Part shown: one piece after another, positions 55,602-64,000 of the stretch | Layout: the number at the start of each line of letters is the position of its first letter | Numbering within the stretch: position 1 is the stretch's first letter | IMG/VR virus record: IMGVR_UViG_3300011008_000004 | Location: 128,001-192,000 of that record | DNA: 64,000 nucleotides | Direction: 5' to 3' (one strand) | Source of the DNA: a virus | Lineage: Duplodnaviria > Caudoviricetes | Translations under genes and position numbers: made by a program | The notes under the pieces: model-generated | Databases searched by the model: none | What the model saw: only the letters and a program-made list of their open reading frames with translations | Told to the model about the DNA's origin: nothing

Positions 55602-56084
55602 TTAATTTTTTTCATAAAGCAATAATGGTCTATAGCCTATTCGTTCTACACAAACGCATTGGGACCATGGTGTATCTATATAATTAGGGTCTGTATGAAC
55701 GTGACCATAAATATTTTTATAACAAGTTAGTTGTGGCATTTGTATAGGTGCATGACTCATTAAGTAAAAATCTGCATATAATATAGGAAATCTACTTACT
55801 GTATGGAATCCCATATCTCTATATGTTTGTTCAGACCAATTATCATGATTTCCCATAATTAAAATTTTCTTGCCATTAAGTCTCTTAGCTATACTTGCGA
55901 TGTACTCTTTTTTGCCTAAGCCGAAATCACCTAAATGAATTACTACATCATCATTAGAAACTGTTTCATTCCAATTCTTAATAAGAGCCTCATCCATTTC
56001 TTCTGTAGATTTAAATGGTCTATTACAGTAGTCTATTATGTTTTTATGACCAAAATGCGTATCACTAATAACAAAAACTTTCAT
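55602..56084 (-). CDS. Calcineurin-like metallophosphoesterase
   Basis: SDTHFGH, HLGD, GNHD, SH.P and GHVH motifs. Confidence 0.9.
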   Translation of the reverse strand: MKVFVISDTHFGHKNIIDYCNRPFKSTEEMDEALIKNWNETVSNDDVVIHLGDFGLGKKEYIASIAKRLNGKKILIMGNHDNWSEQTYRDMGFHTVSRFPILYADFYLMSHAPIQMPQLTCYKNIYGHVHTDPNYIDTPWSQCVCVERIGYRPLLLYEKN

Positions 56085-56089
56085 AGTGT

Positions 56090-56317
56090 TTAGCCTTCTT
56101 GCATACTAACATTAAAACGTTTAGGAGTTTCGCCATTTATCGCTTTAATCTTACCTTCTTTGATATCTTTGTTAGTTCCATTCGCAATTGAATCTGTATG
56201 CGTATCAACAACTGTAGCAAAACCAGTGCCGCATGTTACCTTATATGGATTATTTGGACACCAAAAACATGAATCGTCTACAGTATATTCACCTCTCATC
56301 ATTTTTTTGATAAACAT
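56090..56317 (-). CDS. Small Cys-containing hypothetical protein
   Basis: Overlapping ORF within the operon. Confidence 0.4.
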   Translation of the reverse strand: MFIKKMMRGEYTVDDSCFWCPNNPYKVTCGTGFATVVDTHTDSIANGTNKDIKEGKIKAINGETPKRFNVSMQEG

Positions 56318-56618
56318 GACAATCTTTACAACTCTTTCCCATTTGCTGCGTTGCCCACGTTATATCTGGTTTACCCGGATAGACAATGTCAGGAACTGTC
56401 ATTGGATCATAAACTTTTTGATCACAAGGAATCATATTAGGATAAGGATAATTTGTGATACCTTTTAGTTTATTTATGTGTAGTTGTTCATGACAAAATG
56501 GACACTCTACAATGTCTCCTGGTTCAATATCCTCTAACTCATAAGTAAATACGCACCCGCAATAAGGACACGTGTATTCAAATTCTTTCTTTCCTTCTTT
56601 AATAATCTTTATAGCCAT
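56289..56618 (-). CDS. Zn-ribbon protein
   Basis: IKIIKEG...CPYCGCVF.Y...CPFC. Confidence 0.6.
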   Translation of the reverse strand: MAIKIIKEGKKEFEYTCPYCGCVFTYELEDIEPGDIVECPFCHEQLHINKLKGITNYPYPNMIPCDQKVYDPMTVPDIVYPGKPDITWATQQMGKSCKDCHVYQKNDER

Positions 56619-56619
56619 T

Positions 56620-57144
56620 TTAATCCCACCAACCTCTTAAATGTTTTCCTATGTAAGTATAAGCTTTTTCATAAGCTTTTCGTTCAGCTTTCATAGCTTC
56701 TTTATAAGCCTTATATTTCTCTTTTGCTTGATCTTCATTTAAACCATCGTCAAATTTCCAACACTCAAATCCATTTTCATCAGTATACTTTATAGGCTCA
56801 GGGGTTGGATATTTTTCTATATAATTAGTATAAGCGTCCTCTCTTGCGTCTTTGAGTCTAAGGGCTTCTTTTAATTCATCTATAATTTCTTGTTTGCTTT
56901 CTTCAACTTGCCAAACATTCCAACCTAATTCGTAGTAATCTTTCATCTGAGCAATTAAATTGAATATCAGATCGTCAAGAAAACCCCAATCCCACATACG
57001 AAACTCTTTCGCCCACTTAATACGTTCCTTCTTTTGTTTACGCATAAGTTTCTTATAAGCTCTTTTCTTCAAACGTTCTTCTTTTTTAGACATATTTGCA
57101 TCTAAATTTAATTGTTGAATTTTAGTGTTTAACATATTACTCAC
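56620..57144 (-). CDS. Hypothetical phage protein (ends in WWD)
   Basis: R.WD.GFL...LRGWWD pattern. Confidence 0.6.
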   Translation of the reverse strand: MSNMLNTKIQQLNLDANMSKKEERLKKRAYKKLMRKQKKERIKWAKEFRMWDWGFLDDLIFNLIAQMKDYYELGWNVWQVEESKQEIIDELKEALRLKDAREDAYTNYIEKYPTPEPIKYTDENGFECWKFDDGLNEDQAKEKYKAYKEAMKAERKAYEKAYTYIGKHLRGWWD

Positions 57145-57232
57145 CCAATTTTTTATACAAATAATGATTTACAACTTTCAATGTTATAGCGCTTACACTT
57201 AAGATACAAGCAATAATTGCTTCTATTAACAT
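57137..57232 (-). CDS. 31-aa membrane peptide
   Basis: AAGGAG SD; MLIEAIIACILSVSAITLKVV... Confidence 0.45.
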   Translation of the reverse strand: MLIEAIIACILSVSAITLKVVNHYLYKKLGE

Positions 57233-57242
57233 GTTACTCTCC

Positions 57243-57325
57243 TTAATCAAAATTTATTAATCTTTCTATGTAGTTTCTACCTTCATTGATAAAGATAGGT
57301 ATTTTTTTTTAGTAGCATCCAGTTG
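57243..57325 (-). pseudogene. Stranded remnant of an original thg1 3' end
   Basis: Reads NWMLL / KKIPIFINEGRNYIERLINFD*, with a one-base shift in an A9 run; resembles Thg1 C-termini as recalled. Confidence 0.5.
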
Positions 57326-57332
57326 TGTTATG

Positions 57333-58274
57333 TTATACAATCTCAAAATGTTTGTTTAGAGGAAGGTATTCGCCACTTTTTGCAATCTCTGTCATTAAAT
57401 ATCTTGGAATATTATAATATAATGCACAGTCTTTCAATGTATCAAATACAACATCATCTTCAATACATTTGATTCGTTTGGCTTTTGGATTTTTTCCACC
57501 AATAAAAGCTGATGAAATCTTTAATTTTTCGCTTATTTTTTGACGTGTTTCATCACTTTCAACATGTCCTTTTAAACTCTCAGAAATATGCAAAAGCATA
57601 CTTTTATACGCATCTTCCGTCATAAAATCTTTCACATGTTTACCAAACATAGGATTATTCTCACCTTTACGTTTTTCGCTGAGACTATCTTTACGTTCTT
57701 GTGACCACTTAGGCAAATGTTTACCTAAGTGCGCTTTTCGTATTTTTTCTCTTTGTGCTTGAGAAATCTCTTTGCCTTTGTTTGATTCACTTATTTTTCT
57801 CTTAGTTTCCTGTGAATGTTGTAATGTTCCATTTTTTCGCTTAGTATTTAACATTTTGTTTATTTGCTGTTTTGAGAGCTTTCTTCCTGTATTTAACTCG
57901 CTACTTCTGCTTATTGCGAGCAGTTTTCCAGCCTCATACTCCTCAGGTGTAACATTTCTTCCTCTACCATCTGTACATAATCGCCAATATGCAAAATCTA
58001 AACGTGAATCATTAAATATTTGAGTTAAGTAAAAGTGCGCTAATAAATGTTCTCTCGCAGTCAATAATACAATATTAGTCGAAAGTTTTTCATACTCTTT
58101 AAATAAGCACCTTGGCAAAATATGATGCGCTTCATAATAAATATAATCTACATTATTATGAGGTAACTTAACCCTATTTTGAGCAATAGCAGTCTCTATT
58201 AACTCAATATAATTATAGTAATTTTCAGTTATAATTGCATTTTCTTCTAGTTTTAGTTTAATGATTTCATTCAT
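57333..58274 (-). mobile_element. HNH homing endonuclease with NUMOD3/NUMOD1-type repeats
   Basis: YYEAHHILPRC...NIVLLTAREHLLAH; HSQETKRKISESNKG; GENNPMFGK. Confidence 0.85.
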
Positions 58275-58364
58275 ATTTTTATCTAATAGCTCCTTATTAG
58301 CATCTAGCTGTCTTCATATAATTTAGCTATTAAATAACGCTACTTCTAATAAAATTATTTCGAA

Positions 58365-59165
58365 TTATTTATAAAATATAAGATTGTCGATCATCACTCG
58401 GATATCTGGCTCTTTAAAAATCAACTCAATGTATTGCCAGTGATGTGACTGCGCGTCTTTGACGCAGCTGATTCCGAATCTTTTCACAAAATCAAACTCA
58501 TCAAAAATTATATCTTTACTAGTTAGTAGGTCTTTTACTTCTTGCTGTGATTTTTTCTGTAGCTGTTTTTGACCAAAATAAAATTGACCGACAGAATTTA
58601 CTGCATTTCGATAGCAATCTACTTGTCTATAAATTAGTGCATTTACAACTTCTTCTTTAGGCACATTAAAACATCTTGCATCAAACATTGCGCCCTTTTT
58701 AGCAGCAATATCATATATGTCTAAAAGTTTCATATAATCTTTAGTATAAATAGATGAATGAAATACCGGATCAGCGTCATTTATTAAATCTTCTACTTCT
58801 TTACTAAAATATTGATTGAATTTCATTGTCGCCATACTCGCAGCAATGGAACAAATTTTTTGTACTTCATAATTAAAGAAAGCATCTGTAGTTAATTCTT
58901 TATAATCTTGTAAAACTAAAGTAATTTCGTCAGATTGAGTATAACCTAAAACACAACCCTGAATATTCTCACAAAGATACTTCATAGTCTCTTGCATAGA
59001 TTTCATTAAAAGCTTATCAAAAGGTTTCACAAAATGTTTTGTAAATGTATGAAATGATTTCCCATCAATTCTAATAATTACAGGCATTCTACGAACAAGC
59101 TTGGTTTTAGCTCTTTCTTCATAATTTTCTTTTATTCTTTTTCCTAATTCATCATTTACTGGCAT
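58365..59165 (-). CDS. thg1: tRNA(His) guanylyltransferase Thg1 / Thg1-like protein
   Basis: IIRIDGKSFHTFT, YTQSDEITL, FDAR and RQ.D..RN motifs; ATG 59165. Confidence 0.92.
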   Translation of the reverse strand: MPVNDELGKRIKENYEERAKTKLVRRMPVIIRIDGKSFHTFTKHFVKPFDKLLMKSMQETMKYLCENIQGCVLGYTQSDEITLVLQDYKELTTDAFFNYEVQKICSIAASMATMKFNQYFSKEVEDLINDADPVFHSSIYTKDYMKLLDIYDIAAKKGAMFDARCFNVPKEEVVNALIYRQVDCYRNAVNSVGQFYFGQKQLQKKSQQEVKDLLTSKDIIFDEFDFVKRFGISCVKDAQSHHWQYIELIFKEPDIRVMIDNLIFYK

Positions 59166-59166
59166 C

Positions 59167-60567
59167 TTATAACTCCTTATAAATTGTTTCAGCAGTCCAA
59201 AATCCTGATATAGCACTTTGCATTATGCCGTGTGTTACACCGCTACCATCACCTAAGAAAAATATTCCTGGATAATCTTCAACTTCAAATTGATTATTTA
59301 CGTCTATTTTTGAAGAATAGAATTTTATCTCTGGTGAATATAATATAGTTTGATTGCCATTTATTCCTGGAATAATATTGTCCATTTTCTCTAGCCATTC
59401 TAAAATAGAATCTAAAATGTTAGAAGGTAATACATATCTTAAGTCTCCAGGTTCAGCATCACTTAATGTAGGTTTAAACACTAAGCGCTTCATTCTATCA
59501 ATTGTGCTTCTTTTATGTATTTTAAGGTCTGTAAGTCTTTGTACCATTATATTCCCATTAGCTAACATATTTGATAGCTTACAAATACTCTTGCCATATT
59601 CTATAGGTTGATCGAATGGTTCTGTGAATTTGGTAGATACTAATAATGCAAAATTCGTAGCATTACTATCATTGGTGGAATATGAGTGACCATTTACACA
59701 AACTATCTCGTCTTGATAGTTTTCTTGTACAACGTGCCCACCAGGGTTTACACAAAAACTTCTTGTTTTATTTCCTGTACTGGACCAGTTTGTAATCTTA
59801 AATTCATATAGTTCTTTTGTTATAGGATCAGTTATTGCTGCAGGACACTCTACTCTTACACCAACATCAATTGAATCGTTTATTAAATTTACATTTTGTT
59901 TTTTACATTCATTTCTAAGCCATTCTGACCCATATCTACCAACTGCAAAAGAAATAAACTTACCCTTAAATGATAATCTTGCAGAAGAAGAATAAGGTGA
60001 TTTTGCTGTAATTTCATGATTTTTAAAATCAGTATATTCTACGCTACAATTAAATAATAACTCAACATTTGGATAACTTTCAAAATATTCTTGAATTTTA
60101 AGCATTACATCATAAGTGCCATCAGTTCCCAAATGTCTTATCTTATTTTTAGTTAGTTTAAGACCGTATTGTGAACACTTATAATTCAACTCATTAGCGA
60201 ATTGTTCATTATAATTATAAGTTTCTTTCCCGCCAAAGTCAGTAAACATTTTATCAGCTTTGTCTAATAATCTATAAAAGTTATCTTCACCAATATAGTC
60301 TATAACATTGCCGCCTACTTCAGGTGAATAACTTAACTTACAATCTGAAAAACTTCCAGCTCCAGCGAAACCAGTAGTTATTTGACAAGATGGCTTACAA
60401 TCTACACACTTGCCAATTTTACTTTTAGGACAACTTCTATTTTTAATAGAATTACCTTTTTCAATTATTAAAATTTTCGCATTAGGTAATGTTTCTAATA
60501 CGCCTAACGTAAGAGCGATGTTAGCTATACCAGCTCCTACACAAATCAAATCATAACTATTATTCAT
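59167..60567 (-). CDS. FAD-dependent oxidoreductase (COG2509-like)
   Basis: VGAGIA, GFAGAGSFSD.KL, RHLGTD, GVRVE, R.FC.NP.G.V, NGHS and GDG.G.T.G motifs. Confidence 0.85.
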   Translation of the reverse strand: MNNSYDLICVGAGIANIALTLGVLETLPNAKILIIEKGNSIKNRSCPKSKIGKCVDCKPSCQITTGFAGAGSFSDCKLSYSPEVGGNVIDYIGEDNFYRLLDKADKMFTDFGGKETYNYNEQFANELNYKCSQYGLKLTKNKIRHLGTDGTYDVMLKIQEYFESYPNVELLFNCSVEYTDFKNHEITAKSPYSSSARLSFKGKFISFAVGRYGSEWLRNECKKQNVNLINDSIDVGVRVECPAAITDPITKELYEFKITNWSSTGNKTRSFCVNPGGHVVQENYQDEIVCVNGHSYSTNDSNATNFALLVSTKFTEPFDQPIEYGKSICKLSNMLANGNIMVQRLTDLKIHKRSTIDRMKRLVFKPTLSDAEPGDLRYVLPSNILDSILEWLEKMDNIIPGINGNQTILYSPEIKFYSSKIDVNNQFEVEDYPGIFFLGDGSGVTHGIMQSAISGFWTAETIYKEL

Positions 60568-60573
60568 ACTTAA

Positions 60574-61812
60574 TTATACAATTTCTAAATTCAATTTATT
60601 TACAAAGTTTATTAAAGCTTCTTTATTATTACTGTCTGGAAATTCCCATACATATTCTTGAACTTTTTTAAGAATATCACCAACAGCTTTACCGCTGTAA
60701 CCTAAATCTATAATATCACTACCAGAAATAGCCAAATCTGAGATGAGTATAGGATCGTCATCGTCTATAGCTTTTAATAGTATATATCTCTGATCTTCAG
60801 ATGTAAACTTTAAACTTTCAAATATAGCGTCTCTTTCACTAACTAATTTGCATTTTTCTAAAATAGCTTTAAGCATAAAACCTGATTCTTTCTTTAATAG
60901 TTCTTCTGCAAAGTAAATATGTTCTAAACTATCTATAAAATCATTACCAAAAGCAAAAGAATTTAAAAATTCACGACAATTATGAGTGAGTTTATAATTT
61001 TCAAAATATAAACATCTTCGTAAATCGTAGTAAGCTCTGCTCATAAAGTTTATACCTCGTGTTAAATCAGCTGTTTTATCCCAAGAATATATTGAAGTTA
61101 CAAATAAATGACTAATAATATTCTCTAAAACTGTTATAAATTTGCTATCATCTATATACTGACAGCTCCAAATTTGCATTAATTCAGAGCCTATTCTTTC
61201 TTTAGATACATTATCTATTAAAGAATATAGTTTATTCATTGCTTTATACGTATCATTATCAATTCTAAAATTAAATCTACAAGCAAATCTTAAAGCTCTT
61301 AAAATTCTTAATGAATCTTCTGTAAATCTATCAATTGGATTTCCTACAGTTCTAATTTTCTTAAGTAATAAATCTCTTTTACCTTCAAATAAATCTATCA
61401 AACCATCTTTAGGATTCCAAGCCATAGCATTTATAGTAAAATCTCTACGACTTAAATCATCTTTAATGTAAGTTCCAAATGTAACGTTATCAGGTCTACG
61501 ACCATCTCCATAAGTTCCATCTGAACGATAGGTTGTAATTTCATACAATTCATTACCAAACTTAAATGTCATTGTGCCATACTTTTCTCCAGTAGGTATA
61601 ATCTCACAATCATAAACTTTACTGGCTTCTTCGCATATTTTCTTCATTTGTTCAGGGGTAGCATTTGTAGTAAAGTCGTAATCATGTGGGGTATTTGACA
61701 TAAGTAAATCTCTAACGCATCCTCCTACTAAAGATAGTTCATAATTAAAACAATCAAATATATCAAATAGAATTCTTATGTTATTAGGTAAATTTTCAAA
61801 ACTAATTTTCAT
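60574..61812 (-). CDS. cca: CCA-adding tRNA nucleotidyltransferase (class II)
   Basis: VGGCVRD, DYDFTT, EITTYR, RRDFTINAMA, EDSLRILRALRF and LAISGSD motifs. Confidence 0.92.
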   Translation of the reverse strand: MKISFENLPNNIRILFDIFDCFNYELSLVGGCVRDLLMSNTPHDYDFTTNATPEQMKKICEEASKVYDCEIIPTGEKYGTMTFKFGNELYEITTYRSDGTYGDGRRPDNVTFGTYIKDDLSRRDFTINAMAWNPKDGLIDLFEGKRDLLLKKIRTVGNPIDRFTEDSLRILRALRFACRFNFRIDNDTYKAMNKLYSLIDNVSKERIGSELMQIWSCQYIDDSKFITVLENIISHLFVTSIYSWDKTADLTRGINFMSRAYYDLRRCLYFENYKLTHNCREFLNSFAFGNDFIDSLEHIYFAEELLKKESGFMLKAILEKCKLVSERDAIFESLKFTSEDQRYILLKAIDDDDPILISDLAISGSDIIDLGYSGKAVGDILKKVQEYVWEFPDSNNKEALINFVNKLNLEIV

Positions 61813-62258
61813 AAATTAAATGTAATTTCCTGTAAAATCTTTTTTGAATTAGAAATAATTTTATAATCATCATATTTCACAATTTCAGCGCTATTTAAAT
61901 CTAGCTGTATGCAATGATCTATTATATCTATTGCTTTTTGTTTGCTATCAACGCCATGGGTTTGCGTTATAAACTCAATGTCATTACTAATGGTAGTTTT
62001 ATACACAACTATTTCGCCCATAAGCACTTTAATGATATACGTAGAAAAAAGATTTGGTGGAGTACTTATCTCTATGTTTAATCTTAATTTGAACGTTTTA
62101 CATAAGATAAAACATATCATAGTAAACGCTAAGTCATAAGTACCGAATTCATTATTAAAAATATTATGAATTATTTGCACAATGTCAGATATATGTTCTA
62201 CACTGTTTATTTCATTTGTATATTTATTTAATACTGTTTGAATTTTTGAATACGTCAT
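61809..62258 (-). CDS. Hypothetical protein
   Basis: Intact ORF with an ATGA overlap. Confidence 0.55.
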   Translation of the reverse strand: MTYSKIQTVLNKYTNEINSVEHISDIVQIIHNIFNNEFGTYDLAFTMICFILCKTFKLRLNIEISTPPNLFSTYIIKVLMGEIVVYKTTISNDIEFITQTHGVDSKQKAIDIIDHCIQLDLNSAEIVKYDDYKIISNSKKILQEITFNL

Positions 62259-62260
62259 AG

Positions 62261-62896
62261 TTATGCTAACTTTATTGTTGTAGTTTCAAAATTTAACATA
62301 CTTTCTAAATTTGTGATATCTGTATCATTACCGAACGTTTCTAAATACAAATTCTTGAGAGCATCTGATATCATGTTAGGTCCTACTGACATAACTGGAT
62401 TTATGTGTAAATTTGATTGAGTGTGAAATACATGCATTACATCAGGGACATACTCTACTGCATCTTTCTCTATTTTATCATTAGACAAATAAAGCATATC
62501 GCTATTTATATTGTATTGCACACTTACTCTGTAACCCTTCGCTATAGCGACTATAATCTTTGCAAACATCACGATTTCAGATGAAAATGCGCTTCCTGCT
62601 TGCAATTGCATATGAGTACAAAAATCTTTAAAAGATTTATTATCATGTATACTATTTATAGAAGGCTGAAACATAGTTAATAATGATTCAAGATTATCTA
62701 AATTTTTCTCTTGTGTATCAAGATTGCGCTTGTTCCACGCGCCACTTGCGTAGTAGCCACTCGCTGTTGAATAACCACTTGTAGCATTAGAAGTTCCAAC
62801 GGCTACACTACAGCTTCCTGACGCTGTAGGTATAGGATATATAGTCACTTTAGCGTTGAATCTATTTTTTAGTAGATTCATATAGTTTGAATTCAT
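62261..62896 (-). CDS. Hypothetical protein, first gene of the putative early operon
   Basis: GGAG SD; consensus promoter upstream. Confidence 0.55.
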   Translation of the reverse strand: MNSNYMNLLKNRFNAKVTIYPIPTASGSCSVAVGTSNATSGYSTASGYYASGAWNKRNLDTQEKNLDNLESLLTMFQPSINSIHDNKSFKDFCTHMQLQAGSAFSSEIVMFAKIIVAIAKGYRVSVQYNINSDMLYLSNDKIEKDAVEYVPDVMHVFHTQSNLHINPVMSVGPNMISDALKNLYLETFGNDTDITNLESMLNFETTTIKLA

Positions 62897-62928
62897 AATA
62901 TTTCTCCAAAATACTTATTTTCAATTGA

Positions 62929-62957
62929 ATTATAACATGTTTCATTATATATGTCAA
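62929..62957 (-). promoter_or_regulatory. Consensus sigma70/sigmaA promoter (putative early)
   Basis: TTGACA-N17-TATAAT with TG extended -10. Confidence 0.85.
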
Positions 62958-62972
62958 CTAAAATCTATACAT

Positions 62973-63008
62973 AAAAAAAAACTCACTACATTTAAGTAGT
63001 AAGTTTTT
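62973..63008 (-). terminator. Intrinsic terminator
   Basis: AAAAACT.ACTAC/GTAGT.AGTTTTT stem with A/T tails. Confidence 0.65.
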
Positions 63009-63026
63009 AATATATTGTTTATGAAA

Positions 63027-63725
63027 TTAGCACCATTTATCAATAGCTTCTTTTAAAGCTTCTACGGTTAAATCATTAGAAATATTTTGATCTCTTCTTT
63101 GTTTTAACAAATCAAGTAAACCATCATCTCTAAATTTTTTAAAAATTAGATTACCTTCACCGAATTCACCATCTTTAATCAAAGATTCTTTTCTTATTAA
63201 ATATAACTTATTTATGAAGTCTTCGCATTCATAATCTTCTAAATGACTATATTCATTTAAAAGTTTTTTATATTCTTCAGAATCTTCTAAATTAGTAACT
63301 TCTGGTTCATCTATTTCTTGTGGGAATTTAATCCAATCATTTTTATTCAATGAATAAACACCATTAGTTATTGAGCTAGAATCAACATCTTCAACATATA
63401 ATTCTACAGGCAAACCTTTACATGTTATATCATATTTAGCATTAAAAGTTGCTTTAAAATAATTATATAATAATTGTAAAACATCTGGATCTTCAGATGA
63501 TTCTTTTACATTAGCTATTATATGAATATCTATATCACTTGTAGGTTTATAATTATATGAAGCATTAGATCCAACAATCCAGCAATCTAAAACATTTATC
63601 GGTATGTTAGATTCTTTTAACTCAGAAATAAACTTATCAGTTACTCTCCTGAGGCCTTCTAAGACCTCAGGTTTTAACTTATTCTATTCATTAAATAATT
63701 TATTATTGAGTGTATTTTTTATCAT
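63027..63725 (-). CDS. Pol-beta superfamily nucleotidyltransferase (1 TAG)
   Basis: ATG 63725; VGSNASYNY...SDIDIHI, PVELYVED and GEFGEGNLIFK motifs. Confidence 0.8.
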
Positions 63726-63733
63726 ATCTACAA

Positions 63734-64000
63734 TTAAGATTTAAGACCTTTTAATATGTCTTGAACTTTTTCAAAGTTTGTTTTTTCTTTCTTAAATACT
63801 TCTGAATCAGTGCCACCCTTTAAAGCGTCATTAGCTTTATCATCAATGTCAACATAATTTTGAAGAATTCTATCAATCATATTATACTTTAAGTTATTAG
63901 AATTCTTTTTCCAATTATTTAAGAAATCGTCTTTTGTTCCATCACTATTGTTTATAGCTTGTTCAAAAGATCTATAATCAAGAGGTAACTTATTCCATCC
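63734..64000 (-). CDS. 3' end of a hypothetical protein (partial)
   Basis: Open frame from the window edge to TAA 63734; ends KTNFEKVQDILKGLKS. Confidence 0.5.
   Translation of the reverse strand, partial: GWNKLPLDYRSFEQAINNSDGTKDDFLNNWKKNSNNLKYNMIDRILQNYVDIDDKANDALKGGTDSEVFKKEKTNFEKVQDILKGLKS

Noticed and set aside
184-62139. All + strand ORFs in the track, and nested - strand ORFs 19296..19484 and 39572..39781
   Set aside because: They lie opposite or inside well-supported - strand genes, have antisense-type composition (Ser/Leu/Phe-rich) and show no recognisable motifs.
1-64000. Assignment to Lak megaphage or crAss-like phage because of code 15
   Set aside because: Not supportable from this window. 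A contractile T4-like tail excludes crAss-like podoviruses, and strong SD plus TTGACA/TATAAT promoters do not fit Bacteroidota-type signals.
1-64000. Phage release factor or aminoacyl-tRNA synthetase supporting recoding
   Set aside because: No RF2-like or synthetase-like ORF was recognised here; these may lie outside the window.

Overview
This window is a 64-kb slice of a very AT-rich large myophage with T4-like morphogenesis genes. Essentially all genes are on the - strand, and the + strand ORFs in the track are shadows. The phage uses TAG as glutamine (genetic code 15): the fragmented ORFs of the supplied track join in frame through TAG into full-length terminase, portal, protease-scaffold, neck, tail-terminator, tape-measure and fibre genes, and internal repeats show TAG opposite CAA. 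SD sites (AGGAG/GAGGTG) and TTGACA/T-N17-TATAAT-type promoters suggest a sigmaA-type, probably Bacillota, host (inference). The modules in window order are: tail (1-6.1 kb); neck and acidic head-cargo genes (6-14 kb); a helicase/MTase/HNH island (14-19 kb); capsid, protease, portal and terminase (19-27 kb); holin-like genes; collagen/Mtd_N fibres with a tRNA and glycosyltransferase (29-44 kb); acidic L/I-x-E-rich head-cargo genes (44.5-51.7 kb); and a mostly TAG-free region with bS21, an RlaP-like NTase, a phosphoesterase, Thg1, an FAD oxidoreductase, a CCA enzyme and two HNH homing endonucleases. The most striking element is a 98-nt tRNA (35136-35233, -) with a tRNA-Gln body and two tandem, fully paired anticodon arms, one CUA (amber) and one UUG (Gln). 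It can be drawn in two alternative cloverleafs and sits behind a (TA)10 tract. All calls come from reading the sequence and recalled motifs; no database searches were run.
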